Below are positions 1 to 10,400 of a stretch of DNA of 42,360 nucleotides, piece after piece; position 1 is the stretch's first letter; every line of letters starts with the position of its first letter. The stretch is from Paraspadella gotoi. Its lineage: Eukaryota; Animalia; Chaetognatha. Where the stretch lies: the NCBI GenBank assembly GCA_051294375.1, contig JBJCIZ010000217.1, forward strand, positions 1 to 42,360, in the 5' to 3' direction. A program made the translations under genes and the position numbers. A model generated the notes under the pieces. That model was not told the DNA's origin. It made no database searches and was given only the letters and a program-made list of their open reading frames with translations.

Positions 1-347
1 GGGTGTGAAGAGAGAGAGAGAGAGAGAGAAAAAGGAGTTAAAGGTTTTTCCAACAAAGTGGTGAGACAGAATATGTGTCAGATGAGAGAACAGGCTGAAG
101 TTAGGACAGATTGAGTGAGTTTGTGAAAAGAATAAAATTTGTTAGAGAGAGAGAGAGAGACAACAGGGATAAATAAATATTAAAAGATACATTTTTGTAA
201 TGTACAACAAAAGTAAATGTGAATTTTGAAAAAACTAAATGTCAGTAAGAGTTAAACAATTATCTGGTTAGTTTAAATAATTAGCTAAAGGATAGTGAGA
301 TGAAATATGAAATTTGAAATGTGAAAAGATAGTTTTTAGTTTAATTG
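1..347 (-). repeat. Inverted partial pseudo-LTR of Penelope-like element family A (runs off window edge)
   Basis: Reverse complement of ~932-1270; same arrangement seen complete at 13640-14137. Confidence 0.85.
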
Positions 348-1432
348 AGGCCAATTTACATCAAAGCCCTCGAGCCCTCTTTGAACCGTTGATGGAGTAT
401 GAATTCGATCTCCCTCCAATATGATTCGCTTATCAAAAAGCATGGTGAAGGCCCCGCCTCCACGCCCGCACAATGATTCCCCGTCCACTCAACGAGACAG
501 GCGGAGACCCTGCGCAGGCAATGGGCAAACGATGCCTCTCACTCAAAATGAAGCAATTCAGTATCCTTTCTCTGGCGACTGGCGCCCGCCCCCAAAACGA
601 CGGCTTCAGGAGGAGGGAGAGAGTCCACCACTCCTGTCACTAAAGCGGCAAGAATGGACAACCGCCCGCCTCGCCAGCAGGCCGAGAAGAGACAAGCCAA
701 GCAGGCATAAACAGGCCAAAGAGACATAGAGTGGCTCTGGAATCTTTCCGTCAGGTTTGATACCAGTGCAAACATTCACTGGTTCAACCCACACTCTCCT
801 CTCAGCCTATGACGCGTTAATGACCTGGCACCATCGTCTCTGTCCTTCAATTTGCATATAAAACAAGGGCCAGCTCATTTTTGAAGCTCTTTCCTTCTCC
901 TTATATTTCACTTTCTTATTCCTCTTAACTGTCAATTAAAACTAAAAAACTATCCTTTCACATTTCAAATTTCATATTTCATTCTCACTATCCTTTAGCT
1001 AATTATTTAAACTAACCAGATAATTGTTACTCTTACTGACATTTAGTTTTTCAAATTCACATTTACTTTTGTTGTACATTACAAAAATGTATCTTTAATA
1101 TTTATTTATTTATTTATCCCTGTTGTCTCTCTCTCTCCAACAAATTTCATTTCTTTTCACAACTCACTCAATCTGTCCTTAACTTCAGCCTGTTCTCTCA
1201 TCTGACCACTATTCAGTCTCACCACTTTGTTGGAAAACCTTTAACTCTCTCTCTCTCTCTCTCACACACCCTTCTTTTGCACAAATATTTATCCTTATGT
1301 CAAACGCTGATGAAGGCTCGAAATTGTGAGCCGAAACATGTCCGTATTTCCAAATAAATTCGTTGTACCACATTCAAAATCTTTGCATTTCTCTATATCC
1401 TAATAACAACGAAAACGAAAGGTTTATCGCAT
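347..1432 (+). mobile_element. 5'-truncated Penelope-like element (family A): GIY-YIG C-terminus, coding extension and pLTR with hammerhead
   Basis: 347-445 reads, across 1-bp indels, EAIYIKALEPSLNRDGG..FDLPP.YDSLI, the typical end of a PLE GIY-YIG domain; followed by CT-rich pLTR, hammerhead and AATAAA. Confidence 0.85.
1302..1349 (+). ncRNA. Minimal type I hammerhead ribozyme
   Basis: aaacg-CTGATGA(1307-1313)-a-ggctc/gaaattgt/gagcc-GAAA-catGTC-cgtattt: core boxes, stem II, palindromic ACATGT stem III, GUC site ending 1342. Confidence 0.9.
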
Positions 1433-1469
1433 CATATAAATTAATAATACTAACCATTTTTATTTTATT

Positions 1470-1560
1470 TTTAAATTTGCTATTTTTTCCAATTTTTTTG
1501 CATCTAATCGCATTATAAAATCGATAGAACGGGAATATTGGCCAAGCGAATTTTTAATTT
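1470..1560. repeat. Dispersed repeat, inverted diverged copy at ~9120-9210
   Basis: aaatcgatagaacggga and flanks match the reverse complement of tcccgttctatcgattt at ~9144. Confidence 0.6.
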
Positions 1561-2194
1561 TTTGATCTTAAAGAATAGTTTTACATGTGTTTCAAAAAAT
1601 TAGGAGGGCACAAGATGTCTTTTATTATTTCTTGTATTTATACTCCGCGCTATTGAGGGGGCGGACCGACGGACCGACAAAATAGTTTTGTTTGTGCCTC
1701 TCTAGTTTCGATCACGTGGGTTGACTTTAGTTATTTAAATAACGTTCAGTTTTTGGAACAGGTTGGCGAGTTTATTTATCAACAAACAATTTGGCGACGA
1801 GGAACGGAGATAAAATGTTTGTTTCATAAAAACGAGGTGTGAAATTAATTCTTTAATTTCGAGGTTAAAAATATAAAAACGTGAGTATAAAATCAATCAA
1901 AAATAAACCCCAACGGCGAGAGGTTAAAAACGTTGAACGTTCTAGAGGCAACGACTTTCTCTCTCTAAAATATTGCTAAAGTTAAAAATAAGACGGATAC
2001 CAATTGTCCCCCTTTTTCCCCCTTTTCTTCGCGACTGAATCAGTTGTAAAACTTTTCCTTATTATTTGGGCCGTCTCGATCGCGATGTCGTCCGCCGGTG
2101 ACTCCGCGGACGTCGAACTTTCATTCCGCGCGGGAACGCACGCGTCGGCCGCCACGAGCGTCAAAACAAGTTTTATTATATTTTATCCATAATA

Positions 2195-2995
2195 AATTAG
2201 AGTTAAAAGTTTAACAGTTTTTTGCATTAAAAATTTCAATGAAGGCATATGAAATTTTTTCTTTTTCGTTTGTAATTTGAAAAGGCAAGACTGAATTACA
2301 TTTTGATTACCATTAAATTTTCTCTACTGCATAAATTTGCTTGTATTTTTCAGTTAAAGTAAAAAACAAGCACAAATTGTTGTAATAGCTTGATAAAATG
2401 TCTTTTTAAATATTAAAAATGATAAATATAAAATGTTTTCAGCTTGATATAAACAGTTTTCTTCTCTGTGATAAAAATCGTCATTTTTCATTATCTTTAA
2501 CTGCAAACAAAAAGCTTGACACTGCTTGTTTATCATAATAAAATTTTAAAAAATTATATAGCTGGCGACATATTTGACAAAGCAAGACATTGTGTTTATT
2601 TGTATGGATAATTTCTTTTAAATATAACAACCTTTATACTAGGATATTAATTCTATTATTTATCATCCATTTTAATTAAGAAAAAGAATTTCGCGGAATA
2701 GCCCATTGGAAAGGGTTCATTGAATGACTTAATGATCAAATTTTTTATGTTTCTTTACTGCCCCCATTTCACAAGACATAAAAAGTCATGATTATCGTAT
2801 CAGTATGTCCAGATTATCTGTACGCTTTCTGCAACCTGCATTCTGCATTTTCTTTTTTTCCCTTTCAAATGTATTAAAAAACAAAATTATTTAGAGAATG
2901 ATCAGTGTGGAGGATGCTATTGGTAAGCCTTAGTTACCCCACATCCCGATGGAATTTTTAAATGAGGTTTTTTTTCCATTTATTCGAGACATAAT
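2195..2995. repeat. ~800-bp dispersed repeat of unknown class; diverged inverted copy at 11465-12247
   Basis: Collinear reverse-complement matches, e.g. gcccattggaaagggttcattga (2701) vs tcaatgaaccctttccaatgggc (11731); substitutions indicate a true paralogue. Confidence 0.8.
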
Positions 2996-4143
2996 ACTAA
3001 CTATTGGTTCTATTAATTTTACATTGCTTACATTATATTTTGCGTAATCAGAGAAACGTTTAGCGTGTCAAAAAATATTGAAAAAAAAAGTAAATATAAA
3101 AAATTTATGGAGGAATTTACTTATAATAAAAATACATGCAAACAAAAATGATATCAGTGAGTGATATAAATGCGTTCCTGAAAAATTTCTTCAACATTTG
3201 ACAACACTTGAATAATCTCTTCCTCTTCATCAACTCCATACACGTATATCTACGCGGTAGAAGAATGAGCTCTTTTGTGATCATACATGGCGCAGGATTG
3301 GCCATTCCTATGAAAGCCGAATCTCGTCATCAGGATAGAAAATTAAGGAAAGAACAGTCAAAAATTATAATGAGTAAATAAAAAAAAACTTTACGGTTAT
3401 ATACTTCTTTGTTTTGAGGATAAACGTTCAATTATTATTTTTGATTAGAAATTTAGAATTTCCAAATCTTTTTCTTTTGAATTGCGGAATGTGGACGATG
3501 CAATAAACGAGTATTGGGCTATTGACGTGTCCAAGAATCGAATTCGATCGAGAAAGACCCAAAGATGATAAAATTATGCTAGATTGTATGCCATATTTTT
3601 TGCTGGCTAAAGGGCCTGAAATTATGCCAGATCTAGCATAGAGTATGCCAAGTTTTAACCAGAGGTCCTTTCTCTATTCATTGTAGGAAACTTTAACCTT
3701 GCTCTTCTTCTATCTTTTTTTTTTTTTTTTTTATTAATACCAAAAACAGTATTGACATAATCATAAACAGTAACAGTGTAAAACACTGGAAAACTAAACG
3801 ATGTATTGAAATTCAATAAAACCAAAAGACACTAACGTTTAAAAGACTGGAAAACAAGTAAAAACTACATATAAACTACATATTGAAATTCAATAAAAAC
3901 AAAAGACACCTAACGTTTAAAATCATTAATAAATGTTATGAATTAATTCATAAACTATAAAAAATAACGTTCAAGAACGTTCAAGGATCAAATGTAAAAA
4001 ATCATAAAAACGGAAAAACTAAAAAACGAAAAATGTCAAAATGTCGAGAGAAGCAATAGTTTTTATTTTTAATTTATAATTTTTTATTTTTTGATAATTC
4101 GTAAAATAAAAACAAAAAATATGAAAACAAGAACAAAAAAAAA

Positions 4144-4650
4144 CTGGTTCACTGGGAGTGAACAAGTCTGTGAGAGAGGCTTGATTAAAAGCTTGTAGAA
4201 ACCTGTTATGTTATTATCTTGCAAGTGTGATGGAGGCCTTAAACCACCAAAGCTGTCCAAAGTCAGGGACAAGATAGCTTATTATTAAATGGAAGGATAA
4301 TTTTTATATTGGTTGTACCAATTTCATAAAATTCAGTTCCTTGTATTTTGATGCTAGTGCGGAGTACATATAGTATTCCCCGATCTAATACTTAAGGAGT
4401 GGTTCTTTTCATACAATTGAACATTCTTTGAAATATTATACCACTTCATTGATAGGGAAGCCAGGTTCACTGGGAGTGAATAAACAAGTCTGTGAGAGAG
4501 GCTTGATAAAAGCTTGCAAAACCTGTTATGTTATTATCTTGCAAGTGTGATGGAGGCCTTAAACCACAAAGCCTGTCCAAAGTCAGGGACAAGATAGCTA
4601 TTTATTAAATGGATGGATAATTTTTATATTGGTTGTACCAATTTCATAAA
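4144..4650. repeat. Tandem repeat with ~318-bp period (~185 bp seen twice); diverged relative at ~30215-30440
   Basis: ggttcactgggagtgaa...ggttgtaccaatttcataaa at ~4146-4330 and ~4465-4650. Confidence 0.8.
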
Positions 4651-4921
4651 GCATTAATAAAAAACATGAGAGCAAAAAAAATAAACTAAACATTATAAAA
4701 GTTTTAATATTCAAGGTTTTATTTTATAAAAAGTCACTTATGCATGGTGTATAACATATACCTAAAAATATATATTTATAAAGTGTTAAAGTAAAGGGCA
4801 GAGGGACCACATTGCTATGAATAGAAATATCAAACTATCTTTTTTTTTTTTTTTTAATACCAAAAACAGTATTCTCTCTCTCTCTTTCTTTAACTCCAAT
4901 TAATTCCAATTCACGAATGTC

Positions 4922-4967
4922 AAGTGCTGATGAAGGCTTGAAATTGTGAGCCGAAACATGTCTGCTT
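4922..4967 (+). ncRNA. Minimal type I hammerhead ribozyme in a short solo pLTR fragment (~4874-5010)
   Basis: aagtg-CTGATGA-a-ggctt/gaaattgt/gagcc-GAAA-catGTC-tgctt, followed by AATAAA. Confidence 0.85.
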
Positions 4968-5009
4968 TTTCACAAATAAAATCGTTTTAAAAACTTCGTA
5001 AAACTTTGA

Positions 5010-5480
5010 AATAGCTTTAAAATTTTCATATTACATTTGGATTCAAGTAGTTTTCGTTTGAATTTTTACTTCATTATGATGTACTGCAATATGCAAATGA
5101 GATTATAGTACTCATTATAATATCCAAATTAGTATATAGAAATACTTTAATCTAATTTACATATTGCAGTAAATAATATTGAAGATAAAATTCATAAAAC
5201 AAATTTTGAATCAATAAAAAACATGTGAAATCACAAGACCTTTTTAATGAGAAGCTATATCTTAATTTTAATACAAATAAAAATAAAATCTTTTACAAGC
5301 TATGATTGGAAAAAATTGTAACATTTTTTGCCTTTATTTTATTTCTTCAAATTATATATATTTATTTTTCTTTTTTTTATCAGGCGCTGCCTTTTCTGAA
5401 TCGTTTAAAAACGAGTTCAGGCTCTTTCTCTCTCTCTCTCTCCGTCTCTCCGTCTCTCTCCGTCTCTTGCGTGACCGTTC
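5010..5480 (+). mobile_element. Internal part of HINE-like family A element
   Basis: Collinear with ~32490-32925 (gattatagtactcattataata..., gcgctgccttttctgaa...aaacgagttcaggctct). Confidence 0.65.
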
Positions 5481-5507
5481 GTTTTTTGAAAAATTATGAG
5501 TATTAGG

Positions 5508-5620
5508 CATAGCGAATTTCCTTTCTTTTCGTTGTGTTTGGATTAGTAGAAATAAGTTTGAATTTATTTGCAACAATGATATTATTAGTACATAAGGACG
5601 TACATGTTTCGGCTTTAGTT
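5508..5620 (-). repeat. 3' end of PLE family C pLTR with hammerhead truncated in stem II
   Basis: Matches ~19330-19441 up to ggctttagtta, then switches abruptly to RT-coding sequence. Confidence 0.8.
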
Positions 5621-7293
5621 ATCAACCGAAGGTGCATAAGCCCGATCTACCGTTAGGCCAATCGTATCGGCCGCAATTCCATTTTCCAATGGAATGACGA
5701 AGGAGTTGGGGCCCATCCTCATCCGCTCGTGGTAATCCCACCACCTCCGGAACTCTGTCGATCTGACGGAAAAGTTGCAGCTATCAAATGCCCCATAGTC
5801 ATTGCTTGGTCTCATGTGATTTACAAGTATGTTTACTAACATTCCCTCAAGACTTGGCGTTAATATCAGCAGAGACAACGCTGAGGAAGACCGGAAATGC
5901 ACGCGCGTACGCCAATCCGATTGAATGATATCATGGCAATGCTGCGGCTCGACCTGGACTGGCGTACTTCAGGTTCGATGGACCAGTACTACGCCCAGCC
6001 TGGTGGCTTAGGATGGGCAAGATCGACATCAAGTCCTCTGGCAGATTTCTATAGGAGGACTATGAGGTGGAAGCTTTGGCCTCTTTTCGGATCGTTGCAT
6101 GGGGCAGAGTCATCCTCTTCTGGTATCGGAAAGCAGACGTACCATTCTGGCCGTAAGACGAGACCACATGAGGATCTTTTGAATCACCTGAATGGGATTC
6201 ATGTGAGCATCACGTGGACATGTGAGAAAGAGGAGAATGGGTCAATTCCAATGCTCGATGTGCTTATAAGCGCAAAGAGGGCGGCTCATGGAATTTTCAG
6301 TATATCGCAAACCGACGCACACAGATCAGTACATTCCCTTGACTCTCATGCGCCTTTATCTCACAAGCTCGCCACGGTCCGGTCCCTTACCAGAAGGGCT
6401 GCATTGATTCCGGTCGACCCGGCTATTCAGGCCGCCGAGCTTGAGCCGTCAAAAGAGCCTTGGCGATCAATGTCATTGTGGGCTTTCGAGAAGGCTAGGT
6501 ACCGGCCGTGTCTGGTTGAGGCAGTGGCCACCTGGGGCTGCCCAGAGGCGAAAGGGAGCTTTGCTGCTGAAGAGCCACCGCGCCCACACAGTGCCAAATG
6601 GAAGATAAGCAGAAGCGCCCTAAGAACGTGGCACTGTCCCTCCCCTATCCACCAGGGATTCATGAGCTCATTGTGCAGGTGCTGGCAAAGCAGTGGGATC
6701 TCCACCTCAGTGACGGCCCGCGTTCTCTGCGTGAGCTATTGGTGAACAGAAAGATAAAATCCCCAGACCGAAAACATCAGGAGCCGTCTATTGGGCGGCC
6801 TGTGCAGGGGCGGCAACCAAGCCTGTACGGGCAGCATTCGGGGGCGAGAAGGCAAATCTCTGACGGATCGATTTTCAGCAGCACACGAACCATATCGCAC
6901 AATGACTCCCCCGTCTCCACTCAACGAGACAGGCGAGAGACCCTTGCGCAGCAATGGCAGACGATGCCTCTCTTCACCTGTAGCAACTCTTCCCTTTCTC
7001 TGTGGAGTGAGCGCGCCAAAGCGACGCTGCAGGAGGAAGGAGAGTCACCATCTGTCGCAAAAGCTGCAAGAATGGAAAGCCACCACCTCGTCAGCAGCGA
7101 GAAGAGGGCAGTCGCGAGGCGTACAGGCCAGAGAGACATCAGAGTAGCCTTGGGTATCTTCCCGCAAGGAAGCCTTCCTAACGCCGCACACATAGGCTCA
7201 ACGATTTTGTCCTCACAGCACTACACGTCAATGACCGACCACATCGATCAGGCCTTTCATTGCCACAAGCCAAGGGGGGCCAGCTCACTTTGA
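5621..7293 (+). pseudogene. Frameshifted, 5'-truncated Penelope/Poseidon-type reverse transcriptase-GIY-YIG ORF (family B)
   Basis: Motifs across frames: PKVHKPDLP.RPIVS (~5626), D.TSMFTNIP (~5817), YFRFD.QYYAQPGGL.MG..SSPLADFY (~5965), WYRKAD(D)TIL (6121), LLNHLNGIHVSITWTCEKEENGSIPMLDVLI, YRKPTHTDQYI..DSHAPLSHKLATVRSLTRRA, linker LSLPYPPGIHE..SLRELLV..KDKIP, GIY half SGAVYWAAC..C....GE.GKSLTDRF.QH. Confidence 0.92.
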
Positions 7294-7497
7294 GCTCTAT
7301 CTAAACTCTTATACTTCACTATAATAATAATTGCTTAACTATCCTCACCTCTATTTCCTTCACATTCAAATTCACATTCATCTTCACTAACTCATTTATT
7401 CACATAGTTAATGTTAACACTAATCATTAAGTTTTAACAGATATTTATCTTTGTGTACATTGCACAATGTATTATTTTCAAGTCTCTCACTCTCTCT

Positions 7498-7531
<34 letters not shown>

Positions 7532-7825
7532 ACCATTTCAATTCTTTTCACAAACTGGCTCATTTGTTTCACCGTTATCTGTCCTCACAATTGACCACTA
7601 ATCCCTTCTCAACTCTGTGTTGGAAACTTGCCCTCTCTCTCCTCTCTCTCTCTCTTTCTTTATGCACATAATTGTTAAAATTCACTAACTTTTTTAATCT
7701 GATGAAGGGCTTGTTAGTTAAGGCCGAAACACTGTCCGTTTTTATTAAAATAAAATCGTTGTTGGAAAATCATTTCAAAATTTCTAATAATTATTACGGC
7801 AACGAAAAGAAAGGATTTATACCAC
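7294..7825 (+). repeat. Pseudo-LTR / 3' region of PLE family B
   Basis: Same layout as family A pLTR: AT/CT-rich blocks, two (CT)n tracts, tgttggaaac block, hammerhead, AATAAA, caacgaaaagaaagg tail. Confidence 0.8.
7695..7742 (+). ncRNA. Hammerhead ribozyme motif (imperfect copy)
   Basis: CTGATGA(7699-7705)-ag-ggc/ttgttagttaag/gcc-GAAA-cactGTC-cgtt. Confidence 0.75.
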
Positions 7826-8099
7826 ATGTCTAATATTATAATTTATATTCAGCTTGTCATCATCGATGTCTTAAAATTTGAGATCAGGACAGTTATTAAA
7901 ATGTTTTTGTTTACCTTTTATCAAACAAACAAAGATCCTCTTATTTTTATTTATGTCTGCTTCTCTCTCCTCTTTCTCTCCTCTTCTCTCTCTTTTTATG
8001 CAATTGCGACGACCTTATGCTTTTAAGATTTTTTTCAACTTGCATAATTTTTTCAACTTGCATTCAGGTAAAACTTCTATATCTACTTCTTTCCATCAC

Positions 8100-9121
8100 T
8101 TTCGACGTGGCTCCAAAATTTCATCTCAATCTATCATGGGTAAAATAAATAAAAAGATCAGTAAATGCGACTCATATTTTTTTCATTTAAACTCATTTCC
8201 ACTGGTACGTTTCACCAAACTTTATATCAAGCTTCGTCACACATTTTCCTACCCACACACAAATTTCAACTCAATCTATCTATCCAATTATGATTAATTA
8301 GAGTATTATTGGATAAATAATAAAAGATTTTTAGTAAATGCGACTTATGGTTTTTTCCATTTAAACTAATTCCACTCACATGATTCCATCGGAACTTTAT
8401 ATCCAGCTTTATCACACACTTTCCTCCCACACACAAAATTTAAATTCCAATCAACCAGCCAATCACGAGTTATGGAGCTTTTTATGCTAGGTAGGACGAT
8501 GGACGGATTGATTGACTAATTAATTATTGATTAATTTATTTACTAATTGATTAATTAACTGATTAATTATTTGATTTATTAATACATCCTGCATAAACAT
8601 TTTTATATAAAAGGAAAAAAGAAGCCTAATCAATTAGTGAAACAGTTTTTGTTTTTTTTCATTTAAACTCATTTCCCACTACAAACATATTCCATCGAAA
8701 TTTATTTCCTCTTCAATCACACACTTTCCTACCCACATACAAAATCTCCAGGTCAATCAGCCCATCACTCATGAGCAATTGGTGTTCAATTAGTGACTTT
8801 TTTTTCCCATTTAAACCATTTCCACTTGGACGATTCCATCAAACTTTCATATCCTGCTCAATCGCACACTTACCTATCCAACACAAATTTTTTTTTCAAA
8901 TCCATCCATCAATCACGAGCTAATTGGTATTTTTGCTCAGGTGGGACGGACGGACGGACGAACGACGGACGGACGGACATCATTTTTTTGCATAATTTAT
9001 CGATATTTCAATGTTCTGACATGATATAAGTTACATGCCGACAATATTGAGGGGGCGGACCGACGGACCGACACAAGTGAATTATAGAGTCGGGATCTGC
9101 TGATAGCAGATCCGACTAAAA
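8100..9121 (+). mobile_element. HINE/DINE-1-like family B: four ~150-170-bp core repeats, (GACG/CGGA)n microsatellite, terminal hairpin
   Basis: Unit catttaaactcatttccact...cacac.ttcctacccacacacaaa at ~8183, 8358, 8659, 8808; ggacggacggacg at 8944-8978; hairpin gtcgg(g)atctgc-tgata-gcagatccgac at ~9088-9116. Confidence 0.7.
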
Positions 9122-9832
9122 ATGAAATTCGATCGCTCAATTTTTCCCGTTCTATCGATTTATAAAGCAAATTTGATGCAAAAAATTATAAAAAAATAGC
9201 AAAATTTTATATCAGAGAAAGCGTGGTTAAGTCCTTTTTAAAGTAAATATAGTAATACAAGAATTTAAACCATTTTTATCCATAAAAAATAGCAAAAAAC
9301 ATATAGTTTTATATAAAATATTGAGTTATTCTAAAAGATAGTATTTTCATAAAAATTGTTAAAAAATTAAGCAAAATGGGAAATAATACCAAGCCACATA
9401 ACGCAGTCAATATCCTTTTAATCTTATAAAAGCTAGTTTAGGTAGCTACATTAAACTTTATACAGCTTATAATAAGCTTACCAGCTGACTTACAATTAGG
9501 CCTTACCCATTACCACTCTCCCTCCTTCCGTAGATTCTCTGGCCGATCTGTTTTTTTTCTCAAAATGACAAAATCTCATGAAAAGATGGGTAAATCGTTT
9601 TAAATAAGAACTACTCTCTGTAAATATTAGTACATTAATATAACCATATTAATAATAATTATATTACAATTTGTTCAGGCAAAATTAAATTTATCACTAT
9701 TTCATAAACCTCTATCAATTTTGTTAACATTTTATTGACTCATTTTGTCGTATAACAATGATGTAATTTCTTACAATAAATAAATAATTAAAGAATGTGT
9801 GAATCTTTTGCAACAACAATTTATTAATATAT

Positions 9833-9876
9833 ACGTACATGTTTCGGATACAAATTCGAGGCCTTTTTTCAGCGCC
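9833..9876 (-). ncRNA. Degenerate hammerhead motif
   Basis: Minus strand: gcg-CTGAAAA-aaggcctcgaatttgtatcc-GAAA-catGTA-cgt; core G mutated and stem II weakened. Confidence 0.55.
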
Positions 9877-10038
9877 AAAATGTTTTGTGAATTATCACAA
9901 TGTTTAAGTTTAAAGAAGGGGAGAGTTTCTGACCTCGCGTCTGTTGTTTTTCCCTGTCATTTTATGTCCTTTTCAGACCAGTCTTTTTCAACCGTTCTAG
10001 TCGCTTTCTTGTAACTTTCTTTTAGCCCGAAAACTCGT

Positions 10039-10400
10039 CACTTGTTATTCGATCATCTCTTCATCATATAGTTTCTCTCGGAAAAGATTGGCTGTATGAA
10101 ACTCTACTTTTTACGGAATCAAGGAATTTCTACATGAACTATTGTACTACTTTTAAATTCGCCATTTATTTACCCTACAATAAATAAACTTATTAAAGAT
10201 TTATTCGTCATTTATTCGACATTTACGTCATTCGAGATTTAGAAAACCTTGCTCCATGTTAAAGCCAGTTAACTACAGCCGACGAATCGAACGCGCGACC
10301 TCGGTGGCATAGGAACATAAATAAACTTTTCTACAGTAAAAATATACGGTTCCATACAGCCTATCTTTTCCAGAGAAACGATTATGATTAATAACAAGTG
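10039..10400. mobile_element. MITE-like element with ~55-bp terminal inverted repeats
   Basis: cacttgttatt...gtttctctcggaaaagattggctgtatgaaac vs gttccatacagcctatcttttccagagaaac...aataacaagtg; no TSD visible. Confidence 0.7.

Noticed and set aside
3117-3305. Possible minus-strand exon (another frame gives YVYGVDEEEEIIQVLSNVEEIFQERIY)
   Set aside because: Short, no clear splice donor, no recognisable homology; too weak to call.
3305-3335. Minus-strand CTGATGA as hammerhead
   Set aside because: No stem II followed by GAAA.
8140-8940. CRISPR-like array
   Set aside because: Units are 150-170 bp and homologous along their length, with no unique spacers or cas genes; eukaryotic context.
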